DNA from: a phage
Length of the DNA: 64,000 nt
Strand: one strand, 5' to 3'
Assembly (NCBI GenBank): GCA_036930585.1
Contig: GCA_036930585.1_3066.1
Part shown: piece after piece, positions 49,246 through 59,048 of the stretch
Position numbering within the stretch: the first letter of the stretch is position 1
Layout of the letters: every line of letters begins with the position of its first letter
Program-made: the position numbers and the translations under genes
Notes under the pieces: model-generated
What the model was told of the DNA's origin: nothing
The model's input: only the letters and a program-made list of their open reading frames with translations
Database searches by the model: none

Positions 49246-51297
49246 TTATCCTTGAACGAACTTGTAAGGCATGTTTGCAATATCTATGCAAGACGCAATA
49301 ATTCCAAGAGATGATTCTACTTTCTGTTTAACATTTGATGAAACAAATGATGCAAAGTCAACTCTGTCTTCTATATCACCTGTCATTGTAACCAATTCAC
49401 CAGTTTCCATTAAATGGTCTCCGTCATAGATTACCGATTCGGTGAGTTCTTCTGTGGTCATAACTTCAGCTTGAATAAGCTTGTTGTTAGTTCTAACTGT
49501 TCCATCGTTGTAAGATGCATCGGTTATTTTATTAACTTTGACCATTAATCCACGTGGCAAAATGACTTCCATTTCATTTGAAGGCGCTAAACTTCCACCG
49601 GGTAAAACAACATTAACCTTATCAGCCCCAGTAATAACCCATCCAATTCCAACTAAATTATCGCTAGAATTTACTAGTCCTTCATCAGTTTTATCAATAG
49701 AAACACTTAGACGCTTTTCGTCCGGTAAAACACCCACAGATGAATCAGTCATCCAAGTACCAAAAATATTTGGATATAATGGTGTTGACACAAAGTTTCT
49801 AAAATAAAAAACTCGATTTTTTACCATTGCTTCGTATATTGAAGGTAACATTCGTTGTGAACGATACAAAGTAATACCTTTTGGTAATCGTTCACCATTT
49901 TTAAAGGCTGAATCTAAATTATCAATGGCTTGTTCTATTTCAGGTGCTGTTAAAATACTTGTACGCTCATCTGGATTATATAATCCCAAAAGAGCATTAT
50001 TCATGTCTACATATCCTGAACCTACATATTCACGAATTCCGCGTTTTTGCGCTGGTGTGTATTTAGATGAATCTTTATTTTCGACTATAGGATGTAATGA
50101 CCATCCAGCGGTAAGAGCATATCCACGTAATTCTCTTCGAATAATCTTTGTTTTTATTGCATTCCAAGAATTTTGTACTAACTCATTCGCAGCATCTTGA
50201 TTTAAATGCGAATGCTTGTTAATGTTTCTTTCTAACCAAGCACCTTTATATTTTTCTAAAGTATCATCAACTATAGAAGCAATAGTTTCTAAAGTTTTTA
50301 TTGAAGTAATAGATTCTTTTCGTAATCTTTCTAAAGCTTTATTTTTTATTTCTGCATTAACATCAGATTCTTTATCTTCAGGAATTATAGAAGCTTCTCT
50401 GAATGCCATTCCAGCTGTAACACTGCTAAGAGCATTCTCTAGTGCAAATCCTGAAGTAGAAATAACAGTTAATTCATTAGCGTCAGAAATTAAAGGAGCG
50501 TCAGCGGGTTTATTTAATTCTGCTGCTGAAGCCTCAAATTTTTGAAACATCGGCGTTTCAAATCTAGAAGATTCCAATGATTGACTTTGCGCAATTGCTC
50601 TACGGGAAATTTTAACTTTAACGATTACGGCTTGGTCAGAACGTTTATCATTTTCTTGTGCAATTGATGCTGCAATTGCCTCATTTTTAGTTACTTGGGC
50701 TCCAGTATCTTTATTGATATAAACATCACCGACTTTCGATTCAACTTTAGTAAAGAGCTCGGTACTAATTTCCGGAACTCCTGGAATGTCTTCTAGTGAT
50801 ACATTTTTGCGATGTATAAGAATATATGCATACTTTTTATCATAATCCCAGAGTTCCTTAAGAAGGACGTATCTGCCACCTGAACGACTACGGATAAGTC
50901 TATCAGCAATAACTTGAATTTGTCGAGCTTGACCGGCGGTTTTAGACTTAAGAATACGAAGCATGCAGGCATCAATTTTATATTGACGCATTGTTTGCAT
51001 TGCAACAGTAAAAACTGAATTGATATAATTAATCGGGCTTGGACCAAGACCTTTTAATTTAGCAATTGAACCTTTAGCAGTTAATGTAAAAGGAACAATA
51101 TGCATCATTTTATCGCCCATCTTTAAATCACGATTAGTATCACCTCCAGATGTATAGGTACATAAACGAAAGCCTGGTTGTTCAATTGCATCATCAACAT
51201 GAACTGAAAAAATTTGTGGTATTTTCTTCTTTGGATTTAAGTTTGTAATCGGAAGAGTAGTATCTTCGTCAAATAATTCTGTAATTAGTTCCATCAT
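49246..51297 (-). CDS. alt: Alt ADP-ribosyltransferase (packaged, injected)
   Basis: 683 aa (T4 682), position between gene 54 and DNA ligase. Confidence 0.85.
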   Translation of the reverse strand: MMELITELFDEDTTLPITNLNPKKKIPQIFSVHVDDAIEQPGFRLCTYTSGGDTNRDLKMGDKMMHIVPFTLTAKGSIAKLKGLGPSPINYINSVFTVAMQTMRQYKIDACMLRILKSKTAGQARQIQVIADRLIRSRSGGRYVLLKELWDYDKKYAYILIHRKNVSLEDIPGVPEISTELFTKVESKVGDVYINKDTGAQVTKNEAIAASIAQENDKRSDQAVIVKVKISRRAIAQSQSLESSRFETPMFQKFEASAAELNKPADAPLISDANELTVISTSGFALENALSSVTAGMAFREASIIPEDKESDVNAEIKNKALERLRKESITSIKTLETIASIVDDTLEKYKGAWLERNINKHSHLNQDAANELVQNSWNAIKTKIIRRELRGYALTAGWSLHPIVENKDSSKYTPAQKRGIREYVGSGYVDMNNALLGLYNPDERTSILTAPEIEQAIDNLDSAFKNGERLPKGITLYRSQRMLPSIYEAMVKNRVFYFRNFVSTPLYPNIFGTWMTDSSVGVLPDEKRLSVSIDKTDEGLVNSSDNLVGIGWVITGADKVNVVLPGGSLAPSNEMEVILPRGLMVKVNKITDASYNDGTVRTNNKLIQAEVMTTEELTESVIYDGDHLMETGELVTMTGDIEDRVDFASFVSSNVKQKVESSLGIIASCIDIANMPYKFVQG

Positions 51298-51317
51298 ATC
51301 CTCTCTAGTGTTTATTC

Positions 51318-51325
51318 TATTTATA
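51318..51325 (-). promoter_or_regulatory. T4-type late promoter TATAAATA for alt
   Basis: plus tatttata 51318-51325, about 20 nt upstream of alt ATG. Confidence 0.5.
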
Positions 51326-51346
51326 AAATTAAAGGCCCGAAGGCCT

Positions 51347-51535
51347 TTAATAATCTATTGGTAAGAGAGTACGATATATTTCAAACTTTGGTCCTTTTTC
51401 ATAGGCATCAAATGTTTCTGTGAATTTATTATAAGCGTATGCATCTACAAATTCGAGAATGACTTGTGATACAGAAGTAGAAACATCTCCACCTTCTTTT
51501 TGAGCAATGACAATTGTTTCTAAGTAAGCTTTCAT
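51347..51535 (-). CDS. hypothetical protein (62 aa)
   Basis: ORF track; overlaps stop of gene 30. Confidence 0.45.
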   Translation of the reverse strand: MKAYLETIVIAQKEGGDVSTSVSQVILEFVDAYAYNKFTETFDAYEKGPKFEIYRTLLPIDY

Positions 51536-52995
51536 AAACCAGTTACCTCATGAAAATCACCAAATACATCTTCGAACGTATTAGCTTTAGTTTTATCTTC
51601 GCGTAAACGAATCGCAATCGGAAGAAATAATTTAACGTAATCAGTGCGGCCATCAGATTTTAACCAACCGTTGCATTCGCACTCTAGAATTTTTCCAATA
51701 TAATAATTTTGGTTTTCCATAATGCGAGTACGGTCAAGTTCATGCGATTTTACACCGGCTTTATCTTTTAAGCCTGAACCAGCATTTACCTTAATTTTTC
51801 CACACTCTGACTCAAGAATAAATCCACCTGCTTTAGTAGGGTCTTTACGGTGAGGATAAATTCCTACAATTTTTAAATCAACATCAATTACTTCTTTAAA
51901 TTTATAGAGATTTTTTGAACGAGCATTTTCCCATAATCCATCGATATTTTTGAGAATAATACCTTCAAGACCTTGGTCAATATACTTTTTATAAATTACC
52001 TTGGCTTCGTCTAGGTTATTTACTACCTGGTTTTCAATTAAAATTACTTTATCATAGCCTGATGTCATTTGTTCTAGTTTAGAAAAACGTACATCATATT
52101 TCAAACGAAATGCAGGAAGACCGTATATTTCTACCAACGGTACATAATCCCAGACCTGAAACTTCATGCATTGTGCTTCTTTTTCAGAAATGGTTCCCTT
52201 TAAAGATTTATTGGCGATGCCATTAGATGCAGTACGTGATTCAGCTACTTCGGCGAATTCTTTAGCTTTACTGTTTTCAGGATAAGCATCAAAAAGAAAA
52301 TCTAGGCCTTCTGGCTCCTTTTCAACTTGCTCATGGTATACCAATTCGCCATCAATTAACACGCCTTCTGGATGAATCTGGCGGGCTTCAGCGGTCATTT
52401 TGATTAATTCTTCCTTAAGAAGATCTAATCCTAGATATTCATTACCAGCTCGTGATAAAAGACGAACGTCATCTAATTCATCACCTCTGACTTCGGCAAA
52501 GCACCGAGCTCCATCAGCTTTTAACTGGGCAAAGGCTGGAAATTTGATATTCTTATTAATGCCTTTTTCATCATAAGAACTTGCGAGCATTTGAGGTTGT
52601 TCAGGAATTAAACCTGGCCAAACTTTGTTTGCAATAGATACTGAAGCACCGCATTCAAGGTCTCGCATCATCACCCGACGCAAAACTTCAACATCATCTT
52701 TTTTACCGTCAGTAATATATCCAGTTAATTCCTCAATTGCCGCATTTCCAGTCAATTTCCGAGTAGCTAACGTGAATTCAATGAAGTCAAGCATATCGGT
52801 AAGAGTCAACATTCCAAAACTCTGGGTAGCAATACCCGGTTTAGGCCATTTCTTGATATAATACTGTAACCCACGAGAATAAGTCAGACGATATACTCGT
52901 TTAAGCAATTCATTATCTTTATTCTTTTCAAGAATTGCTTGCTTCTGCTTAGTTGAACCAATAGATGCTATTTCGTTCAGAATTTTAAGAATCAT
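51532..52995 (-). CDS. 30: ATP-dependent DNA ligase
   Basis: 487 aa; adenylation motif KADGAR; N-terminus MILKILNEIASIGSTKQKQAILEKNKDNELLKRVYRL. Confidence 0.95.
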   Translation of the reverse strand: MILKILNEIASIGSTKQKQAILEKNKDNELLKRVYRLTYSRGLQYYIKKWPKPGIATQSFGMLTLTDMLDFIEFTLATRKLTGNAAIEELTGYITDGKKDDVEVLRRVMMRDLECGASVSIANKVWPGLIPEQPQMLASSYDEKGINKNIKFPAFAQLKADGARCFAEVRGDELDDVRLLSRAGNEYLGLDLLKEELIKMTAEARQIHPEGVLIDGELVYHEQVEKEPEGLDFLFDAYPENSKAKEFAEVAESRTASNGIANKSLKGTISEKEAQCMKFQVWDYVPLVEIYGLPAFRLKYDVRFSKLEQMTSGYDKVILIENQVVNNLDEAKVIYKKYIDQGLEGIILKNIDGLWENARSKNLYKFKEVIDVDLKIVGIYPHRKDPTKAGGFILESECGKIKVNAGSGLKDKAGVKSHELDRTRIMENQNYYIGKILECECNGWLKSDGRTDYVKLFLPIAIRLREDKTKANTFEDVFGDFHEVTGL

Positions 52996-53261
52996 TGTTC
53001 ATCCTTTAGAGTTTGGTTTACAGCTCTATTATAAATCAATTCATCATTAAGCTCAGTCAAAGACCTGTGGTACGTGGTTCTAACTTTATTTCCTTGCATC
53101 CAGTGCTTGACGTAAATGAAACCTTGCTCTACACATTTTTTAAAAATTCGTTCGTCTTTTTGAGCTCGGAATTCTGGATTGCATCTAAAAAATTGATTTA
53201 CGTGACCGTAATCACGTGTAGTATTACCTTCATTTTCATAAATAGTGTGAACAACAAACAT
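52992..53261 (-). CDS. hypothetical protein (30.1 position)
   Basis: ORF track, 89 aa. Confidence 0.55.
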   Translation of the reverse strand: MFVVHTIYENEGNTTRDYGHVNQFFRCNPEFRAQKDERIFKKCVEQGFIYVKHWMQGNKVRTTYHRSLTELNDELIYNRAVNQTLKDEQ

Positions 53262-54088
53262 TAGAATGCTCCTTGGAAAATATTATTAGCACCAGTAGGT
53301 CTATTATACAAATACTCTATGCCACCGGGTTTAATATAGTTCCATGTCTGAAACGGATGCGTCTGATATGGATTATAAGGATTAAATCCAGGAGTTCTCC
53401 AGGTAGTGTTCCAAGGAAAAGAATCGTTTTTAATCATCTTTTCAATTACATCTTTTATAGCTTTTTCACTATCAAAACTTTCTTTATTTTCCTTCGGTGA
53501 AAAAAGCTTATTTTCTACATCATTCCATGTATAAACTCGCTGAGCAGTTTTTGGAATATTGTCACGCTCTCCTCGAGCCATCCAATAAACAGGAACATTT
53601 AATATTTCACTCGCATGATCGCAATGGTGAGCGAGATCGTCAATATAACAAATCACGTTATATTTCTCTTTTGCCTTTTTAAACAACTCTTCTTTTGAAG
53701 AATCATGACCACACATCAGTACTTCTGAGAAGGCACCAGGAAAAAGAGCGTTTAAATTAAATTGACGATTCAGCAGAGCGTCAATAGAATCACCCAATGC
53801 TGTAACAGCTACAAAATTATAATCTTCTTTTAATTTGTTAATTACACACAGGGCATCTTTATACGGAGACAAGTAACGAATAAAATCTGAACGATTGTAT
53901 TTTTCAATTAGCTTGACGCCAAGTTCTTCGTCACAATTAAAGAGTTTACCTGGAGAAATAAATTTCTCATCCTGGATCATTTTTAAAATATGTTCTAACG
54001 GAAGATTATATTTCTGAGCAAAATAAGGAAGGCCCGATTGCCAGCTTAAACATACTCCATCAATATCAGTTAAAATAGTAGGCTTCAT
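53261..54088 (-). CDS. putative HAD-superfamily hydrolase (30.2 position)
   Basis: 275 aa; N-terminal motif ILTDIDGV (DxDG[TV]). Confidence 0.6.
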   Translation of the reverse strand: MKPTILTDIDGVCLSWQSGLPYFAQKYNLPLEHILKMIQDEKFISPGKLFNCDEELGVKLIEKYNRSDFIRYLSPYKDALCVINKLKEDYNFVAVTALGDSIDALLNRQFNLNALFPGAFSEVLMCGHDSSKEELFKKAKEKYNVICYIDDLAHHCDHASEILNVPVYWMARGERDNIPKTAQRVYTWNDVENKLFSPKENKESFDSEKAIKDVIEKMIKNDSFPWNTTWRTPGFNPYNPYQTHPFQTWNYIKPGGIEYLYNRPTGANNIFQGAF

Positions 54089-54549
54089 AGAGAGTCTCTT
54101 AATAGGTTTAACACATCAATAAATTCAGCTTCGGTTAGTATTGTATCATCTTTTGTTAGACCACTGGCCATGCTGTGCTTCAAAACTTTTCCTTTCGAGG
54201 CTTGTAATGCATCACGAAAGCCCTTGTTTTGAATCGCTGCTTCAAAATATGCATTTGTGTATAATTCTTTCCACGCCGGGGAGTATCTTGAAAATGGAAC
54301 TCCAAGCCAGAAGAGGGTCCCACGGTCCTGAGCTCTAGCATAAGACCTTCCAGCTTGTTGAGCGGCAAGCCCGGATAACCCAAATACACGACGTTGTTGT
54401 TCAACGTTTTTCACCTTGCATCCTTGGAGGAATCCTTCAAGACCTCCAAATTGAATACCATCCATAACGAAAGGCCAATGGGCGAAATTACTTAATGCAC
54501 ATGATGGCCACCTAAAATTACTTCTAATCTCTAACTCAGACATTTTCAA
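54085..54549 (-). CDS. hypothetical protein (30.3 position)
   Basis: ORF track, 154 aa. Confidence 0.55.
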   Translation of the reverse strand: MKMSELEIRSNFRWPSCALSNFAHWPFVMDGIQFGGLEGFLQGCKVKNVEQQRRVFGLSGLAAQQAGRSYARAQDRGTLFWLGVPFSRYSPAWKELYTNAYFEAAIQNKGFRDALQASKGKVLKHSMASGLTKDDTILTEAEFIDVLNLLRDSL

Positions 54550-54742
54550 TGCTTATAATTTCAACATCAGCCCAATGACCATAGTTTGGTAGACGAAATT
54601 CAACTGGCCAGTCACTGCCTTTTTCTAATATAATAGACTCAATTTGTGGTTCTTCATGTTCATCGGTATATGGATTTTTATCTGTTACTTTATATGTGAC
54701 CTTAATGTACTGAATTCCAAAAATCTTATTAATTATATTCAT
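54536..54742 (-). CDS. hypothetical protein
   Basis: ORF track, 68 aa, overlapping neighbours. Confidence 0.5.
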   Translation of the reverse strand: MNIINKIFGIQYIKVTYKVTDKNPYTDEHEEPQIESIILEKGSDWPVEFRLPNYGHWADVEIISIENV

Positions 54743-54936
54743 ACTAATTCCTTTAATCCGTAGATAGGAGATAATTCATCACCCATACGAAGGTCTTCAT
54801 TTCCATCTACCCAAGAAACAATATAAGCCTCTTTTACTTGAACATCTCCCAATTTAAATGCAGGTAAAACCTTAGAAATTAATCCAGGTATACCAACTCC
54901 CTTTAATTCAACGGTTTGATCTAAAAAGAATTTCAT
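54739..54936 (-). CDS. hypothetical protein
   Basis: ORF track, 65 aa. Confidence 0.5.
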   Translation of the reverse strand: MKFFLDQTVELKGVGIPGLISKVLPAFKLGDVQVKEAYIVSWVDGNEDLRMGDELSPIYGLKELV

Positions 54937-55223
54937 TAGAACCTCATCTGAAAACCATGCGATTTAACATTACCTCCACCAATATCAGAGATATTAATTT
55001 CGCGCGCAATTGAGGGGTCAATGTCAATTTCACGATTGAGTTTAGTGATAGCTAAAGTATCGCGCCCATTTACAGTACGAAACTCTAAAGGACAAACCAC
55101 ATCAACGTAGTTTTTAATCGATTCGCTAGTAGGCTGCAAATGTGCAGGAAGGTCTTTAGGCGCCTTTGAGAAAACTACTTCGCAGAAGTTTTTACGAGTA
55201 TCAAAATAAGTGGTCATAAACAT
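54936..55223 (-). CDS. hypothetical protein
   Basis: ORF track, 95 aa. Confidence 0.5.
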   Translation of the reverse strand: MFMTTYFDTRKNFCEVVFSKAPKDLPAHLQPTSESIKNYVDVVCPLEFRTVNGRDTLAITKLNREIDIDPSIAREINISDIGGGNVKSHGFQMRF

Positions 55224-55264
55224 AATAATTTCCTCAATAAGGGGCTGAAGCCCCTCATTTTATT

Positions 55265-55630
55265 TTAAATATCAAATTCGTTAAGAACTACATCAAAGAT
55301 TGCTTCAAGATGCTCAGGTTTAGCTCTGTTACTCAGAATATGACGAATCCAAGTTTTAACTAAGAGTTTACGATTAGCACCATTCCAGCAAGGATGAGTC
55401 CCTAAATCGCGTTGACGGAAATCATCATCCAGAGCGATTTTAAAGTTGGAACCTTCCATCGTGATTGAAACCGTGATACCGTTTTCAAATCGCATATAAA
55501 CGTAATTAGGAGTCATATACTGTTCAATTTCGCATACTGATCCATTTTGATGTTTCCAAAGGCAGATGGTATCAATAGAACCTGTAATACCATTAGAAAC
55601 ATATTTACGTTCAAAGTTAATGTAGTTCAT
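55265..55630 (-). CDS. hypothetical protein (30.7 position); track ORF starts at TTG 55642
   Basis: ATG at 55630 with RBS GGAGAATAAAATG. Confidence 0.55.
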   Translation of the reverse strand: MNYINFERKYVSNGITGSIDTICLWKHQNGSVCEIEQYMTPNYVYMRFENGITVSITMEGSNFKIALDDDFRQRDLGTHPCWNGANRKLLVKTWIRHILSNRAKPEHLEAIFDVVLNEFDI

Positions 55631-55642
55631 TTTATTCTCCAA

Positions 55643-55697
55643 GATGTTTAATTGCGGTACAGGTATATAATATCATGTCCTGTACCAAAGTAAACAA
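55643..55697 (-). promoter_or_regulatory. early-promoter stem-loop module (PeSL-like)
   Basis: minus GTTTAC (plus gtaaac 55690-55695), 17 nt, TATTAT inside inverted repeat gtacagg/cctgtac. Confidence 0.45.
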
Positions 55698-56030
55698 TTA
55701 TTTTACTACTTTCCAATACTGCATGTCAAGTTTACCGACTTTTTTCATCTTCTTAATTAAGCGTTCGGCACGTTGGCGAGCTGTAACATAATGCCATTCG
55801 CCTAATTCATTTTGTTCAATTTTTCCAACGATTACTGTATTCAATTCATAAATCCAACCAGTAAAGAAATTATGAACTTGAATTGTAAAGGTGAAATCTG
55901 TTCCCATACCTTCTGTTGTTTCTACTTCAATAATATCACCTTCAACTGCCATTAAGAACCACATAGTTTCATTATATTTACCGTTGAAGCATTTAGTTTT
56001 AACTGCAGCGTTCAGATTAATCGTTTTCAT
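55698..56030 (-). CDS. hypothetical protein (30.8 position)
   Basis: ORF track, 110 aa; RBS AAGGAGAATAAAATG. Confidence 0.55.
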   Translation of the reverse strand: MKTINLNAAVKTKCFNGKYNETMWFLMAVEGDIIEVETTEGMGTDFTFTIQVHNFFTGWIYELNTVIVGKIEQNELGEWHYVTARQRAERLIKKMKKVGKLDMQYWKVVK

Positions 56031-56040
56031 TTTATTCTCC

Positions 56041-56095
56041 TTTGTTTGTGTAAGATAATACTATCACAAAGGAACCGTACTGTAAACAACTTTGT
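56041..56095 (-). promoter_or_regulatory. early-promoter stem-loop module (PeSL-like), same family as 813-1511
   Basis: gtaaac 56083-56088; shares the box tgtaaacaactttgtg and the loop motif TACTATC with the IP-locus modules. Confidence 0.45.
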
Positions 56096-56104
56096 GCAAT
56101 CTTT

Positions 56105-56140
56105 GGAAAATAAAAAAGGACTCCCGAAGGAGTCCTCAAC
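56105..56140 (-). terminator. rho-independent terminator
   Basis: minus strand AGGACTCCTTCGGGAGTCCT followed by TTTTTATTTT. Confidence 0.65.
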
Positions 56141-56317
56141 TTATGCTTTCTGCTTACCAAAACGAGAAGCATCATCTCGAAGAACCGCACGTGCTCGGCG
56201 CATGATCTTCTCAACAGTTTGATTGATACGAGAGTTCGACCCACGCTTGTAGCCAGCGCGTTTAGAATCACCAACTTTCTTTTCAACTGCTTTCTTTGCT
56301 TTAGCTTGTTTTGCCAT
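56141..56317 (-). CDS. small basic protein (58 aa from MAKQAK; track ORF extends to 56359)
   Basis: Lys/Arg-rich MAKQAKAKKAVEKKVGDSKRAGYKRGSNSR...; start choice uncertain. Confidence 0.5.
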   Translation of the reverse strand: MAKQAKAKKAVEKKVGDSKRAGYKRGSNSRINQTVEKIMRRARAVLRDDASRFGKQKA

Positions 56318-56561
56318 TATAAATTCTCTTTTAAATGAAAATGCAGGACTTATTGGCATTGCCTGCGCAAGCCCTCAAGGGGAACATAGGTTTTGTATAT
56401 TTACCGACAGGATAACCATAAACCTCGTCATCATTCACATTCAAGAGGTACACCGTAAAACTGCCGGGGTCTTAAAACTATAATGATTCGCAAATCATTA
56501 ATCAGACAGTTCGACGGCTCCTCGATTTTAGCTCACACTAAGGCAGTGAATCTCCAATAAA

Positions 56562-56810
56562 TTACTTCAGTGTTACCACAAAGTGACGAACTGCTTTTCG
56601 TGCAGCAGAAGCCAGAGGCTTAGCATATTTAAGTTCATCTTTTTCCTGAAGCTCAGCAGCTAATGCAGTTTGAGCAGGATTCAGATGTTTGAAATAACGC
56701 AGGATTTCAAGAGCTTCGGCTTCAACATCAATAGATGCGCCATAGTTTTCGTGACCATTATTCCATGCGTTTCGTTGCAGTTCAAGAGCGTGTTGTAATT
56801 GTTTAATCAT
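56562..56810 (-). CDS. rIII: rIII lysis inhibition accessory protein
   Basis: 82 aa, MIKQLQHALELQRNAWNNGHENYGASIDVEAEALEIL; position before gene 31. Confidence 0.85.
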   Translation of the reverse strand: MIKQLQHALELQRNAWNNGHENYGASIDVEAEALEILRYFKHLNPAQTALAAELQEKDELKYAKPLASAARKAVRHFVVTLK

Positions 56811-56957
56811 TTAAAAATTCTCGTTAGAGATTAAAACTCGGTAGTCACGTTCTTCTGAATTTCATCTTCTTTCGACAGATCTCTCAGTTGTAGACTACCA
56901 CATAGAATTGTTCGGTTAACTTATTATTCCGACACCCAATTCATATTATTATTTATA

Positions 56958-57293
56958 TCACTTATAAAGACACGGAATAGCTTTATAGTGACAGGTAACG
57001 AATTTTTGTTTAATTTCTTTTGGCTGCTTAAGACCCAGAGCTACAAAAGGATGCGGAACATTTCGAATTTGACCAACTGGAAGAGAAGTCAAATCGCCAA
57101 CTTCGCAGAAACCTTCAGGAACATCAGGACCGACAGAGTGAACTACACACAGTTCAGGAACTTCACCTTGAACACGTTTACCGATAATAAGTCCTGATTC
57201 TGTAACTTCTTCATCACCGGCTTGTGCAGGTTCAGAAACTAAAATAACATATTCACCGACAGCACGAATTGGTAGCTGTTGTACTTCAGACAT
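56958..57293 (-). CDS. 31: gp31 co-chaperonin (GroES-like)
   Basis: 111 aa, [39 protein letters not shown]. Confidence 0.9.
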
Positions 57294-57324
57294 CGTTTTT
57301 TCCTTTTTGTTAACAGATGAATTA

Positions 57325-57349
57325 ATAATAACAAATAATTCTTAAAGCA
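57325..57349 (-). promoter_or_regulatory. candidate MotA-dependent middle promoter for gene 31
   Basis: minus aaaTGCTTTAag then 12 nt then TATTAT (plus taaagca 57343-57349, ataata 57325-57330). Confidence 0.45.
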
Positions 57350-57350
57350 T

Positions 57351-57659
57351 TTATTTACCAATAAATTGGAGCAAATGCTCAACTTTCATACCATTAACGG
57401 AAATCAATTTGTCAATAGAAAAACCTCGCCATGCACCAAGCTCAACATCAAATACCGGAATCATGTCAGTAGATTCTTTCCGAGTAGATTCAGTCAATTT
57501 GCCAGTTTGCATGGTTGGCATAAAGTCCGCGTCGCGAGTACCTTTCATAACACGAATAGTACCGTCAGACTTTTCAAAAACTACGTTTGAAACACCCATG
57601 GACAATTTAGTTTTCAAAATTTCACGAATTGCTACTTTTTGTTCAGTCGTCAGTTTCAT
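57351..57659 (-). CDS. hypothetical protein (102 aa)
   Basis: ORF track. Confidence 0.5.
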   Translation of the reverse strand: MKLTTEQKVAIREILKTKLSMGVSNVVFEKSDGTIRVMKGTRDADFMPTMQTGKLTESTRKESTDMIPVFDVELGAWRGFSIDKLISVNGMKVEHLLQFIGK

Positions 57660-57896
57660 TTATTTACCTATTACAGTTTTAATATGAGTTGTTCCACGTT
57701 CTTTAAGAGTGGAAAGTAATTTTTGGCATTTTTCTAAATCAGATTTCCAACTATATGGTCTATCAATACAAACCCATTCTGACTTATAATACTGCTTCCA
57801 TTTAGAGAAAAAATATTTCTTATACTCTACAGCAAATGAAATATTCTCATTAGAATAAGAACTAATTGCTGTGAGCTGTACCAAACGAAATTTCAT
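57660..57896 (-). CDS. hypothetical protein (78 aa)
   Basis: ORF track; start overlaps cd stop. Confidence 0.5.
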   Translation of the reverse strand: MKFRLVQLTAISSYSNENISFAVEYKKYFFSKWKQYYKSEWVCIDRPYSWKSDLEKCQKLLSTLKERGTTHIKTVIGK

Positions 57897-58477
57897 TATT
57901 CACCACAGAATTCGTTGATATTTTCCCAGTTTAACTTATTCAAGTTTTTCTTAGGAACATTAAACACTTCAATACCTGCATTTCGCAGAATATCATCCCA
58001 GCCAGGTTTATTTTTATCGTATGTTTCGCAATAAACCAGTTTTTTAATTCCAGACTGAGCTATCGCTTTTGCGCAATCCGGACAAGGAGAAAGTGTTACA
58101 TACATAGTAGCACCTTCAATTGAAGAACCATTTCGTGCAGCAAACAAAATCGCATTTAGTTCAGCATGAATTTCATTTTTAGATGACCATTCCGAGTGAG
58201 CACTACGATGTTCTTTCGCCAAGACAAAGCGATCAGTTGAACCAAATGATACACATTCAGGCTTATGACCTTGAATGATAGTATGTTTAGGCTTATTCAG
58301 CAACCAACCTTGCTCAGCAGCATAATCACAGCAGTTCACACCACCTGCAGGTGAACCATTATATCCAGTAGAAATAATACGTCCATTCTTTTCAATTACT
58401 GCTCCTACTTTCCAGGAGCAACATTTTGATTCTTGTGATACTAAATATGCAATTTGAAGTACTGTACTCGCTTTCAT
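57896..58477 (-). CDS. cd: dCMP deaminase
   Basis: 193 aa; zinc-binding deaminase motifs HAELNAI and PCPDCA. Confidence 0.92.
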   Translation of the reverse strand: MKASTVLQIAYLVSQESKCCSWKVGAVIEKNGRIISTGYNGSPAGGVNCCDYAAEQGWLLNKPKHTIIQGHKPECVSFGSTDRFVLAKEHRSAHSEWSSKNEIHAELNAILFAARNGSSIEGATMYVTLSPCPDCAKAIAQSGIKKLVYCETYDKNKPGWDDILRNAGIEVFNVPKKNLNKLNWENINEFCGE

Positions 58478-58812
58478 TTCATAATCACCAGATAAGCAGA
58501 TTTAGCAGTTTCAACACGATAAATTTCGTGACGAAGTTTAGTTATACTTTTAATAACAGAACTAATTATATTCTGCCCATCTTTAAAGCGGTTTTTCTTA
58601 TCAATAAAAATTGCGCCAACCATCTTTTTGTGAAGCTCAACCGGATACTTCGTCACAATAATAGCATCATACACAGAAGGATGAATACTATTCACCAGAG
58701 TATCATTCATTAAAGTTATTCTAATGAACTTTGCTGTTTCAGAGTCAAGCGCTCTATGATCGCCAGTATCATTTTTAATACAATTATCAATTATATCAGT
58801 TAAATTCATCAT
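58474..58812 (-). CDS. hypothetical protein (cd.1 position)
   Basis: ORF track, 112 aa. Confidence 0.5.
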   Translation of the reverse strand: MMNLTDIIDNCIKNDTGDHRALDSETAKFIRITLMNDTLVNSIHPSVYDAIIVTKYPVELHKKMVGAIFIDKKNRFKDGQNIISSVIKSITKLRHEIYRVETAKSAYLVIMK

Positions 58813-59048
58813 AGTACGCCATACACCCTTTGTGCTTCAACTAATCCATCAAAATCCAATTTGAGATGTGTTATTTGGTCACCATCACCTGGATTCACAA
58901 TTACTAATACTGAACGAGGAGTTTCGGTAATAACACGAACCGATGTTTCGGGAAATCGTTCAGAAACCTTATTTACTAATTCCTGCGCAAATAGTTTAAC
59001 TTTTTCTTCTTGGAATTCTTTAACAGTAATTGGTTTTTCACTTAGCAT
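58809..59048 (-). CDS. hypothetical protein (cd.2 position)
   Basis: ORF track, 79 aa. Confidence 0.5.
   Translation of the reverse strand: MLSEKPITVKEFQEEKVKLFAQELVNKVSERFPETSVRVITETPRSVLVIVNPGDGDQITHLKLDFDGLVEAQRVYGVL

Noticed and set aside
49538-50545. Plus-strand ORFs of 89-109 aa inside alt
   Set aside because: Antisense within the long alt ORF; no independent support.
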